Assembly: GCA_964568625.1 (NCBI GenBank)
Contig: CAZMQG010000002.1
Coordinates: 9,237-73,236 of the forward strand
Source: an uncultured Pseudomonadota bacterium
GTDB taxonomy: Bacteria; Babelota; Babeliae; Babelales; RVW-14
Direction: 5' to 3'
Length of the DNA stretch: 64,000 nucleotides
In this document: positions 18,382 through 27,705 of the stretch, piece by piece
Position numbering within the stretch: position 1 is the stretch's first letter
Layout of the letters: each line of letters starts with the position of its first letter
The notes under the pieces: model-generated
The model's input: only the letters and a program-made list of their open reading frames with translations
Databases searched by the model: none
What the model was told of the DNA's origin: nothing
Program-made: the position numbers and the translations under genes

Positions 18382-19899
18382 ATGAACGGAATTTTAAGAG
18401 TTTTCGCATATATATTTTTAACATGTATAATTTTAGTAGGTTTATCAAATAATATTTTTTGCATGTGCCAAATAGAGCTTCCGGATTTAGCGTTTTTACC
18501 TCCAGATTTAGCCTTTGCATTACAAACTCAATCGGATCCTTCAGTTAATCTTGATGAGATAAATTTTAATACTATACATGACATTATATGTGGTGTTAAT
18601 TTTGATTTTAAATTTTTTAAAAAAATTGTTTCTATGTATTGTTGTTCCAGGTTGGCATACCTGTCAAATTCTAAAGAGTGGATGTGTAATGAAAAACATA
18701 AGCGTCCATTTAGCTCCAAGGAACATAAGTTTTCTAAAAAATGTAAAAAACTTATGTCGGATAAGTTTGCCAGAGAAAGTGTCTTACATGAAAATTTTTA
18801 TGCACAAAAATTATTTATTGATAAAACCACAAAACTGATCACTATTTCTGATTTGCATGCGGATTTTGACGCTTTGGATTCAATTTTAAATAATATGCGT
18901 AACATTGGATATATTGATGAAAATTTCATAATTAAGGAAGGTTGTTTTTTAGTCGGATTGGGTGATTATGTTGACAGAAAACCTACATCCTTACGGACTC
19001 TTACATTATTGCTTATTATTGCATTAAAGAATCCCGGAAAAGTTATTTTCTTACGAGGAAATCATGAAGATGTAAATATCAATTTAATTTATGGAATTAA
19101 GATAGAGATCATGTCTGCTTTCGGGGGTGAATTTATTGAAAAAACTTGTAAATTACTTATAAAGCTTTACGAATTGATGCCGTCGGTTCTATATGTTGCA
19201 CAATCTAATCTTTTAGAAGATATAAATGATTTTTTGATTTTTTCACATGCTTTACTGGATTTTAAATTTAATCCGAGCCATTTTTTGGATTTTGATAATT
19301 CGGAGCTAATGAAAAATAGAGGTACCCGTTTTTGTACTATAGAACAAAACATATTTGGATGTGAGGATTTGGTTGATATTCCTTTAACTGCATATGGTTT
19401 TGTATGGCATGACATAGGGTTAAAAAATTCTTCTAGAGTTGAGATTGACTCTTCTTCCAATAGATACAGATATAAACCGGATTTTATAAAATATTTTTGC
19501 AAAAAATATTCTTCTGGAACGAATTTAATTTCCGGAATGGTTGGAGGTCATGAGCATTATCTTGCAAAGTATATTCATCTTGCCGATAAAGATCCCAGTT
19601 TATTTACACAATATGATTTTAGGGGTGAATTAACACCATCAGTTGCATACATTAAGGTTATCGATAAAGGCGATTCTGCAGAGATTAAATCAGGCTTAAT
19701 TGATGCGAAATACGAAGCAGGAGTTTGTTTTACTAATGGTTTAGAATCAGACTATTTAAATTGCTTTTCAATGGTGAAATTTGTGAGTGCTCCAATAGAT
19801 TGCCTAGCATATAAACCCACCTATTTGGTTGTAAGTAGGTGTACTGCGGAAAATTTCGGTGAACATGTGTTTTGGAATTATAAAGTGATTGAATGCTGA
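18382..19899 (+). CDS. Secreted PPP-family (calcineurin-like) Ser/Thr phosphatase
   Basis: SDLHA, GDYVDR, RGNHE, SHA, VWHD, GGHE and FVSAP motifs in PPP order; N-terminal hydrophobic signal. Confidence 0.8.
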   Translation: MNGILRVFAYIFLTCIILVGLSNNIFCMCQIELPDLAFLPPDLAFALQTQSDPSVNLDEINFNTIHDIICGVNFDFKFFKKIVSMYCCSRLAYLSNSKEWMCNEKHKRPFSSKEHKFSKKCKKLMSDKFARESVLHENFYAQKLFIDKTTKLITISDLHADFDALDSILNNMRNIGYIDENFIIKEGCFLVGLGDYVDRKPTSLRTLTLLLIIALKNPGKVIFLRGNHEDVNINLIYGIKIEIMSAFGGEFIEKTCKLLIKLYELMPSVLYVAQSNLLEDINDFLIFSHALLDFKFNPSHFLDFDNSELMKNRGTRFCTIEQNIFGCEDLVDIPLTAYGFVWHDIGLKNSSRVEIDSSSNRYRYKPDFIKYFCKKYSSGTNLISGMVGGHEHYLAKYIHLADKDPSLFTQYDFRGELTPSVAYIKVIDKGDSAEIKSGLIDAKYEAGVCFTNGLESDYLNCFSMVKFVSAPIDCLAYKPTYLVVSRCTAENFGEHVFWNYKVIEC

Positions 19900-19909
19900 A
19901 TCTTAAAGT

Positions 19910-20989
19910 CTATTGTGATATTATTCCCTTTTTTTCATAAGCGTATGCTTTAAATTTTGCTCTCATAAGAGTATCAAGGATATGCTCTTTTTTGGTTTTA
20001 ATTCCATCATCTTGTTCTGGTTCCTCAAGAAAAGATACATTTCCGTTTTTTAAATCAATATCTATTTTATTATAGATTGAGGTTGGAATAGAAATGCCAA
20101 ATGATGTAAAATACCTGCAAAAGCAGTGTGTAAGAGACCATAATAAGTCATCAAGATCATCAAGGTGATCAATTATGCCGGAGAGTGCCAGTTTTTGTAT
20201 GTTGTTTGAAATTGATATGAATGATGGCCAAATTTCTTCGGCGCTGTTGTCGTCCCACACCGTTTTATCAAGTAATGTTTCAACAAAACGTAGTGTTACA
20301 TGTCTGAGGCGTTCTTTTGTTTTATGAGCATCAAATTTTTTCTGTAGATGGCTTACGCTTTGAGTTATTAATGCAAATATGTCGTTAGTAATTTGCTGTG
20401 TTACCTTTGTTTTGTTAAATATTTCTTGTTTTGCAAATTGTTCATTAAGTTGGTTTAATATTATTTTTTCAAGGTTTTTGCGTATTATTTCAAGCTCTGT
20501 CTTAAAACAGTCCTCTGTTTCGTCAAAATATCGGCCTAAGTATTCGTTAAAATTTTCAAGAAGAGAATTTGTTACTTTCCCAAGAATTAGGTCGCAAGAT
20601 TTTATTTTATTATGAAAAAGCCTCATTCCTACATATGTTATGGATTCATCAAGGTTTAAATCTGTGGTAATTTTTAAAAACTGAGCGATGTCTGATCCAT
20701 CATGCGAAAAAAGTTCTGTCAATTCAGGTTTATTATAATACTCTTTTACGTATTGTTGTAAAAATGTTTGATTTAAAATCGTTGTCCTTGAGACAAGGTC
20801 ACATGCTCGCGTTTGGGATTGCTCTGCCTGTTCATCAAAGTAAACTTTCAATGGTAATGTGCTTGATTGAAGAGGTGTGCCGTCGTTGATTTCGTCTTCA
20901 AAATCAACAATTTGTTGAAAATTTGCATTGCATGTAAAAAAACTAGTAATAAAGACAAAGATTACATAAAACAAATTTTTTGTTTTCAT
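19910..20989 (-). CDS. Secreted hypothetical helical protein
   Basis: 359-aa ORF, AAGGA RBS, signal peptide ending CNA. Confidence 0.65.
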   Translation of the reverse strand: MKTKNLFYVIFVFITSFFTCNANFQQIVDFEDEINDGTPLQSSTLPLKVYFDEQAEQSQTRACDLVSRTTILNQTFLQQYVKEYYNKPELTELFSHDGSDIAQFLKITTDLNLDESITYVGMRLFHNKIKSCDLILGKVTNSLLENFNEYLGRYFDETEDCFKTELEIIRKNLEKIILNQLNEQFAKQEIFNKTKVTQQITNDIFALITQSVSHLQKKFDAHKTKERLRHVTLRFVETLLDKTVWDDNSAEEIWPSFISISNNIQKLALSGIIDHLDDLDDLLWSLTHCFCRYFTSFGISIPTSIYNKIDIDLKNGNVSFLEEPEQDDGIKTKKEHILDTLMRAKFKAYAYEKKGIISQ

Positions 20990-21162
20990 AACTCAATCCT
21001 TTCTGATAGATTTAAACGAAAGTGTTTACCTGGAAAAATTTCAATAGTAACATTTTATAAACAAGAGGGTAAACATTGGTGCCAGGATATCAAGGAACTA
21101 AATTTGTTGGCAAGTTTTTTTTGAATGAGTTGTAGGACTCTTTTCAAATGGGAGTTTAAGCG

Positions 21163-22383
21163 ATGCCTCTTTACCAATATGAATCTTATAGTCGTCGTGG
21201 AAGTAAAGTTACCGGTACGGTAGATGCTACTTCGCTACAAATGGCAAAAGAGATTTTGCAGGGGCAGGATCTTTTACCAATAAGCATAAAAGAAGTTCAA
21301 TCGATTGAAGGTCAGACAGGATTTTCGCTTAAAAATTTATTCGAAAAAAAAATTGATTCGCGTAGTACGATTCTTTTTACGAAGCAGTTATCAGTACTTT
21401 TGAAGTCTTCCGTTCCTCTGTTGCAAGCCATAGAGCTTTTAACGGAGCAGTTTGAAGGTGCGTTTCGTAGAATTTTGATAAGAGTTAAAGATGGGCTTAA
21501 ATCAGGTCAACCGTTGGCAAAAGAACTTTCGCGATATCCAAAAATATTTACAAATGTTTATGTTCAACTTGTCCGAGCCGGTGAGGCAAGTGGCAAGCTT
21601 GATCTAATTTTATTTCGTTTAACCGACTATCTTGAAAAAGCGGAAGAGACTAAGAAAAATATAAAAAAGGCAATGTCATATCCAATTATTGTTATGTCGT
21701 TTGCTGTGCTTGTGGTAGTTGGATTGCTTGTTGGCTTAGTTCCGAAACTAGGTAGTATGTTTACACAAATGGGTAAAGAGTTGCCGTTGCCCACTCGTAT
21801 ATTGATTGGAATGTCTGATTTTTTTGTTAATAATTTTATACTTTTAGGTGTCGCATCAATTGCATCAGTTATATTTTTTATGTATTGGAAATCAACGCCA
21901 TCAGGCAAATATAAATTTGATTCTATTCTATTACGTTTTCCGCTAACGGCTTATTTTTCAAAAACTCGAGCAGTTGTGCAGTTTTGCAAAACTTTGGGTA
22001 TGCTTCTTGAAAGTGGTGTAAATTTGTCTGAGGCTCTTGATATTGTTTGCAATATTGTTGATAATGCAGTACTTGCTAAACAGCTGAACCAAGCTCGTGA
22101 CAAAATTATTAAAGAGGGTAAAATTTCAAAATACTTGCGTGAGACTGGCATTTTTCCTAATATTGCAATTTATATGATTGGAACAGGCGAGCAGTCAGGT
22201 AAGCTTGGTGAAATGCTTACGACTGTAGGAAGTGATTACGATAGGGAACTAACTGAGTTGACTGAAGGTTTAACTGCAAAAATTAATCCTATTATGACAG
22301 TTGTGATGGGTGTTATTATTGTGTTTATTATGGCGTCTATTTTCTTGCCGATTATGAGTATGACCGATTTGGCCGGAATTTAG
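21163..22383 (+). CDS. gspF: Type II secretion / type IV pilus inner-membrane platform protein (GspF/PilC family)
   Basis: MPLYQY start, QLSVLLKSSVPLLQA, LVRAGEASGKLD, AMSYP, LLESGV, GEQSGKL, FLPIMSM. Confidence 0.93.
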   Translation: MPLYQYESYSRRGSKVTGTVDATSLQMAKEILQGQDLLPISIKEVQSIEGQTGFSLKNLFEKKIDSRSTILFTKQLSVLLKSSVPLLQAIELLTEQFEGAFRRILIRVKDGLKSGQPLAKELSRYPKIFTNVYVQLVRAGEASGKLDLILFRLTDYLEKAEETKKNIKKAMSYPIIVMSFAVLVVVGLLVGLVPKLGSMFTQMGKELPLPTRILIGMSDFFVNNFILLGVASIASVIFFMYWKSTPSGKYKFDSILLRFPLTAYFSKTRAVVQFCKTLGMLLESGVNLSEALDIVCNIVDNAVLAKQLNQARDKIIKEGKISKYLRETGIFPNIAIYMIGTGEQSGKLGEMLTTVGSDYDRELTELTEGLTAKINPIMTVVMGVIIVFIMASIFLPIMSMTDLAGI

Positions 22384-22415
22384 GAAGTTTTATTAATTCG
22401 AATTGGGAGATATTT

Positions 22416-22862
22416 ATGAAAATGAAATTGAGTAAGGCTTTTACAATGATGGAGATGATGGTTGTTCTTCTTATCATTGGATTTATTGCTGCAATGGTTA
22501 TTCCACAAGTTACAAAATATATGCAGAGAGCTGGTGAATCAAAAATGCAGCTTAGGATGTCAACAATTAAATCTGCATTAATGAGCTATCGAATGGATTT
22601 TGGCGTTTATCCTTCTTCTCGCGAGGGCTTACGAGCTTTGATTGAAAATCCAAGAACAAATGATGAAATGTATCGCAAGTTTGAGCGCGAAGGTAGATGG
22701 CCTTATATAGTAGAGGGTGAAAAAGGTATAGCTGACGATAATGGTAATGAATTTATTTATAATAATCCCCCTGAAAAGTTTAAAAATAAGTATCGTTCGT
22801 ATGAGATTATTTGGGTTGGTCGTGGATCTGAAGAAGAGCCTCAAATGGATATCGGGGAATAA
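22416..22862 (+). CDS. gspG: Major pseudopilin GspG-like
   Basis: Class III signal KA|FTMMEMMVV, GVYPSSREGLRAL, DDNGNEFIYNNP. Confidence 0.85.
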   Translation: MKMKLSKAFTMMEMMVVLLIIGFIAAMVIPQVTKYMQRAGESKMQLRMSTIKSALMSYRMDFGVYPSSREGLRALIENPRTNDEMYRKFEREGRWPYIVEGEKGIADDNGNEFIYNNPPEKFKNKYRSYEIIWVGRGSEEEPQMDIGE

Positions 22863-22865
22863 CGA

Positions 22866-23435
22866 GTGACTGACTTGCATGTGTTTAAAAAGCGACATGC
22901 GTTTACAATGATTGAAATGATGGTTGTCATCTTCCTTATAGGTGTGATGGCAACCTTTGTTATTCCTAGGCTTGTTCGAAAAACTCCTCAGGCTGAGTGG
23001 AGTACTATTTTGTATGATCTTAATAATCTTGCCATTTTTGCGCGACAAGAAGCAATATCAAATCAAGCTGTTTATAGGCTTAATTTTAAATCTATGGGTA
23101 ATGCGCCGGATATGATGATTATCGAAAAAGAAGAGCAGGATCCTGAAAAACCTTGGAAAAGAGTTTATACACCTGTTTTATCATATTATTTAAAAACCCA
23201 ATATCAGTTTCATCCATCTGTTAAAATAAAAGCTTTTTATCATGGTAAAAAAGAGGAAGTTTCAGATGGGTCAGGCGACCCATGCTGTTATATTGTTCAC
23301 GATGGGCTTGTGCAAGATGTGATTATTCATCTTGTACGAACTGAAAAAGGTGTTGAATCGCGTGTAAGTTTTAAAATGATGCCTTTTTATGGAAAATTTG
23401 AACGGTATGATGATTTTATAAAACCGGAATTGTAA
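22866..23435 (+). CDS. gspH: Minor pseudopilin GspH-like
   Basis: HA|FTMIEMMVV N-methylation motif; position after gspG; ARQEAI. Confidence 0.65.
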   Translation: MTDLHVFKKRHAFTMIEMMVVIFLIGVMATFVIPRLVRKTPQAEWSTILYDLNNLAIFARQEAISNQAVYRLNFKSMGNAPDMMIIEKEEQDPEKPWKRVYTPVLSYYLKTQYQFHPSVKIKAFYHGKKEEVSDGSGDPCCYIVHDGLVQDVIIHLVRTEKGVESRVSFKMMPFYGKFERYDDFIKPEL

Positions 23436-23863
23436 TGAAATTATTAATGAAGCTTTCCCGCGGGACGAATTCCCAAGGTTTTACTTTAATTGAGGTTATT
23501 CTTGCAATGGGTGTTCTTACTGCAACGGTCTTTATTATTTCAGGCCTAATGCTACGTTCATTCTTGCGTGTTCAAGAAAACAGGGATGATATCGAGAAAG
23601 TTTTCTTAATTAAGCGTGAGTTGTATGCAAATTATTTCAATCCTCCAAAAGATAATAAAAAAAATGTACAAAAAATAGAAGAGCCTGCTATAACTATTAC
23701 ATCTAAACTTGATGATATTAACAAAAAATCTAGCCTGTCTGATTTAAGAAAGACCTTGAAAATTGTTCGATCTGATGCGATTTGGAAAATGAACAATAAT
23801 GTAAGGGAGTCTGCAATGGTAAGCTTTATTTTTCAACCTAAAAAAGAAGAACAGAAGAGATGA
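23435..23863 (+). CDS. gspI: Minor pseudopilin GspI-like
   Basis: QG|FTLIEVILA motif; short; third pilin in the series. Confidence 0.6.
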   Translation: MKLLMKLSRGTNSQGFTLIEVILAMGVLTATVFIISGLMLRSFLRVQENRDDIEKVFLIKRELYANYFNPPKDNKKNVQKIEEPAITITSKLDDINKKSSLSDLRKTLKIVRSDAIWKMNNNVRESAMVSFIFQPKKEEQKR

Positions 23864-24855
23864 AATCAAAACCGGCATTCACAATTATTGAACTTATTCT
23901 TGTGATTGGGTTATCCGGAATAGTGATTATGGGAATGATGCAAGCTTACAATAATATAATGCGTTATTTAAAAACCATTCAAGAGATGCAGTCTGTTAAT
24001 AGAAAAGCCTGTTTACTATTCAATCAAATGGAACGTGATTTTATGACGGCTTTTATTCCTCCGGTTATGAAAAAAATTACTCCGGAAAAAAATAGTAAGC
24101 CCAAAGACGATCAATCTTCTGATAAAAATGATCAGGATAAAAAGTCTGATGATTCAGAAAAAATAGAAGATTCTACAAAATCTTCTGAAGAAAAGAAAAA
24201 AAGTGCAGAAAAAAAACGAGAAGCTCTAAAAAAATATTTTATTGCAAATATCGATGACAATAGTTTACCTAAAAGAATAAATGAGACACGTACGTACCAG
24301 TTTAAAAATGTAACATTTATTAATACAAATCCATTTCAGGTATATGGGCAAAGTAAAGTGCGTCTTGTGCGTGTTATGTATGAACTGGTACTTGATAAAA
24401 CTCGTAGCAAGGGAGACTCTTACTGTTATAATTTATGGCGCAAAGAGACAGAAAATCTTGAAAATACAAAAGTTAAAGAAGATGAGGTTGGTTTTACAAC
24501 AAAATCCAAGACGACTCAAATTAGAAAAATTTTGGTAGCAGATGGGATCAAAGAATTCTTTGTTCAGTATGTTTATCAAGGCAGACCAAAAAACAACGAA
24601 AAACTTACAGCAGCTCAGATTGAAGCCGGAGAAAGCGGAGAAGATGAAGAAAAGATTGAAGAAAAAATATTTGATACATGGGGAGAAAATAGTAAAACAA
24701 TTGGTGTGGTTCCAAATAGAGTTAATGTAAATATAACATTTTGGGATGAAAAACTTTTAAAAACGGCATCGTTGCAAACGACTTTTCCTGTTATGAGTTT
24801 TTCGTTATTAAAGGCAGACACAACTGTGTCTAACTCATCTAATAAGTTGAATTGA
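23860..24855 (+). CDS. gspJ: Minor pseudopilin GspJ-like
   Basis: PA|FTIIELIL motif, MERDF, larger size, charged insertion; 4-bp overlap with upstream gene. Confidence 0.65.
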   Translation: MKSKPAFTIIELILVIGLSGIVIMGMMQAYNNIMRYLKTIQEMQSVNRKACLLFNQMERDFMTAFIPPVMKKITPEKNSKPKDDQSSDKNDQDKKSDDSEKIEDSTKSSEEKKKSAEKKREALKKYFIANIDDNSLPKRINETRTYQFKNVTFINTNPFQVYGQSKVRLVRVMYELVLDKTRSKGDSYCYNLWRKETENLENTKVKEDEVGFTTKSKTTQIRKILVADGIKEFFVQYVYQGRPKNNEKLTAAQIEAGESGEDEEKIEEKIFDTWGENSKTIGVVPNRVNVNITFWDEKLLKTASLQTTFPVMSFSLLKADTTVSNSSNKLN

Positions 24856-24873
24856 TTTTAAACAAAAGATTTT

Positions 24874-26043
24874 ATGAAAAAAAATAGTGCGTCAGTCTTA
24901 CTTTTTTCGTTAATGATAATTTCAATCATAATTATGATGACTGAACAGATGATACGTGGTGTTATGGTGGGTGCGGGCTTTACCAAAACCATGATTAATC
25001 GTGAACATGCAGAGATGCTTGCTCTTGGTGGAATTAACATTGCCATTGCTCAACTAACATATGAAAAAGATGAAACTGCAAAAGAAAAAGATGATGCTAA
25101 AGTTGAATCTGGCGTAGTAAAACCTGAATCCGAACTAGGTGGAGATGGGCAAAAAATTACATCTCAACAGCGTTTCGTTTTTAATTTGATTTCGAATTTA
25201 AACAGATGGCAGACATTTGACCTTGATCCCAAAATCGATGGTATTGCAGGTACCGTAAAAATATGTATTACAAGTGAGCACGGAAAAATAAATATAAATA
25301 ACGCATTTGATTTTAAAAAACAGGAATTCAAAAAAGAATTTATATCTTTATTAGGAGGTCTTGAAATTCCTGGAAAACTTAAGCCTGGCGAATTTTTTAA
25401 TAAAATTTCAGAGTTCTTGAAAAATCGAGAAAAAAAACTTTATGATGTTTCGGAGTTGTTAAATGTTCCTGGTCTTGAGGGTTTTAATGCGGATATTTTT
25501 TATGAGCCGCCAAGCATGCATAAAAAAGAGGGTGGAGAGTTGAACCAAAATTTGGCACTGCAAGATATTTTTACCATTTGGACAGAGAACGCAAAAATTG
25601 ACCCCTTAGTATTTTCTGATGCATTGTGTAATATTTTAAATATTCGAAGACCTCATGCAGATGATGCAAAAAAATATAGGGAGCGATTTAAAAAAGTTGC
25701 TATGGAATTTAAAGATGACTGGGGTAAAGATTGGGATACAAATTGGAAGCATCTTGAAGGTATTTATGATACCAAGCCAAAGGCATTATCAAATATAAAA
25801 GACATTTTAGTTGAAAAATTTAATCCGAAAGTCTATTCTGTTCTATCGTATGGCAGAGTAGGCCATGTTGAGCAAAGAGTTCTTGCAGTAATTAAAGAAA
25901 TTGAAATTAAAAGCAGAAAAATAAAATCGAGCGATCAGAGTGAAAAGAGTAGTAGTGGTGATCAGTCTGCTCAAGAGGCTTCGGGGTCGAAGCAAAAACC
26001 GAATAGAAAAGTTTTTAGAATAGAGAGAATTTATTGGCTTTAG
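24874..26043 (+). CDS. gspK: Minor pseudopilin GspK-like
   Basis: Hydrophobic N-terminus lacking Glu5, SEHGKININ, VSELLNVPGL HhH-like segment; last in the series. Confidence 0.7.
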   Translation: MKKNSASVLLFSLMIISIIIMMTEQMIRGVMVGAGFTKTMINREHAEMLALGGINIAIAQLTYEKDETAKEKDDAKVESGVVKPESELGGDGQKITSQQRFVFNLISNLNRWQTFDLDPKIDGIAGTVKICITSEHGKININNAFDFKKQEFKKEFISLLGGLEIPGKLKPGEFFNKISEFLKNREKKLYDVSELLNVPGLEGFNADIFYEPPSMHKKEGGELNQNLALQDIFTIWTENAKIDPLVFSDALCNILNIRRPHADDAKKYRERFKKVAMEFKDDWGKDWDTNWKHLEGIYDTKPKALSNIKDILVEKFNPKVYSVLSYGRVGHVEQRVLAVIKEIEIKSRKIKSSDQSEKSSSGDQSAQEASGSKQKPNRKVFRIERIYWL

Positions 26044-26084
26044 TTTTAGGAACACGATTTCTAATATATTTTTAAGGATCATTC

Positions 26085-27644
26085 GTGAATACGGAAACGC
26101 GTGTTGGAATATTTATCTTAGTTGCTATTGGTGTATTTTTATATTTAAGTCTTAACATCAGAGCGTTTCGCTTTGATAAGCATCAGTACTTTACGTACAA
26201 GGCTTACTTTGATGATACCGGAGGACTTACGACAAAGTCGCCTGTGAAAATTGCAGGTGTTGATGTTGGTTGGGTTGACACCATAAATCTTCTTGATAAT
26301 GGAAAAGCTGAAATTGTTATGCGTGTCAGCAGAGACAATAAGCTTGCAAAAAATGCTTTTGCAATGATTCATCAAGATGGTTTGATTGGTGCTAAAACTC
26401 TTGAGATTGATCCCGGAAGTCCTGCGACAGGGTATATTTTACCGGGTGGCACTTTGGCTATGCCAGGTAAAACACCTGCAAGTGTTGGTGAGCTTTTGGA
26501 TCAATTCCGTGATATTGCAGCGACAATTCAAGATATTACATCTTCTTTAAAAAATGTTTTTGCATCTCGAGCTGGAGAAGATAATTTAAAAACAGCTTTG
26601 AATTCTATTGCAAGAGCGTCCGAGAGAATGGCAGATTTCTCTCAAGTTTTACAGCGCACTATGAATAAAAATGAAGAAAATGTAAATGTAATGCTTGCTG
26701 ATTTCCGTGCTACAGCTGAGTCGCTCAAGCTTAGAATTCCTCAAGTTACTGACTCATTTAAGAATAGTATGGATAGAATTTCTACAGATGTTGGTGGTGC
26801 CGGCCAAAAGGCGTCAGGTGCATTTGAGCAGATTGAAGACACTGCTGTTCAGGCTCGCGATACATTCAGAGAAGCAGGTCAGGTTGTAGAAAAAATTAAT
26901 ACAGGTAAGGGTCTTATCGGTAAATTGGTTAACGAAGACGAAACTTATACAGATTTAAAAAAGACAATCAAAGGATTCAAAAATTATGTCGGCAAGACGC
27001 AAGCTTTAATGTTGAATATTGATATGCACTCTGAAACAATGTTAAGAAATACGAATTCAAAAGGATATTTTGATTTAAGGTTACGTCCAAATAACGACTG
27101 TTTTTATAGTGTTCAGATGATAGCTGCCGAGAAAGGTGCGGTTACCCGTCAGACAACTTATTATAAACGTTTTGATGAGCATGGGGTTGAACTTAAGCCA
27201 ACAGAATTAGATATTCCATTGCAGAAAAAGATTGAATTTGCTGAAGGAGTTGAGTCAACGGTACAGAAAAAGAATGATATTTTATTTGGTTTACAGTTTG
27301 GAAAGCGTTTTGATCGACTTGCATTGCGCATGGGTATATTTGAAAATTCGTTTGGAGTGGGTGTTGATTATTCCGTACCTCTTAATACCGATAAAATGCA
27401 TTGGATTACGACATTGGAAGCATTTGATATGCGAGGCGTTAATAGACTTAATGACACTCGTCCTCACATAAAGTGGTTAAACAGAGCATTCTTTATGAAG
27501 AATCTTTATACCACGTTTGGAATTGATGATATAGTTAGTAAGACTCAATTTAATCCATTCTTTGGAGGAGGATTTAGGTTTGGTGATGATGATTTGAAAT
27601 ACTTTATTTCCTACATATCACCGGGAAAAGCATCCGGTAAATAG
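26085..27644 (+). CDS. mlaD: Long MCE/MlaD-family protein with helical stalk and C-terminal beta-rich domain
   Basis: ETRVGIF TM start, GGLTTKSPVKIAGVDVGWV MCE motif, GLIGAKTLEIDPG, helical middle, amphipathic beta-strand C-terminus. Confidence 0.85.
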   Translation: MNTETRVGIFILVAIGVFLYLSLNIRAFRFDKHQYFTYKAYFDDTGGLTTKSPVKIAGVDVGWVDTINLLDNGKAEIVMRVSRDNKLAKNAFAMIHQDGLIGAKTLEIDPGSPATGYILPGGTLAMPGKTPASVGELLDQFRDIAATIQDITSSLKNVFASRAGEDNLKTALNSIARASERMADFSQVLQRTMNKNEENVNVMLADFRATAESLKLRIPQVTDSFKNSMDRISTDVGGAGQKASGAFEQIEDTAVQARDTFREAGQVVEKINTGKGLIGKLVNEDETYTDLKKTIKGFKNYVGKTQALMLNIDMHSETMLRNTNSKGYFDLRLRPNNDCFYSVQMIAAEKGAVTRQTTYYKRFDEHGVELKPTELDIPLQKKIEFAEGVESTVQKKNDILFGLQFGKRFDRLALRMGIFENSFGVGVDYSVPLNTDKMHWITTLEAFDMRGVNRLNDTRPHIKWLNRAFFMKNLYTTFGIDDIVSKTQFNPFFGGGFRFGDDDLKYFISYISPGKASGK

Positions 27645-27705
27645 TTATACTGAATTTGTTTTGGTCTAATTTATTTTAGTGTTAAGAGAAAAAGGGAGAA
27701 GTGAG

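Noticed and set aside
24090-24230. D/K/S/E-rich insertion in the GspJ-like protein
   Set aside because: Low-complexity linker without nucleotide periodicity; similar charged stretches occur in GspK, Ddl and LptA here
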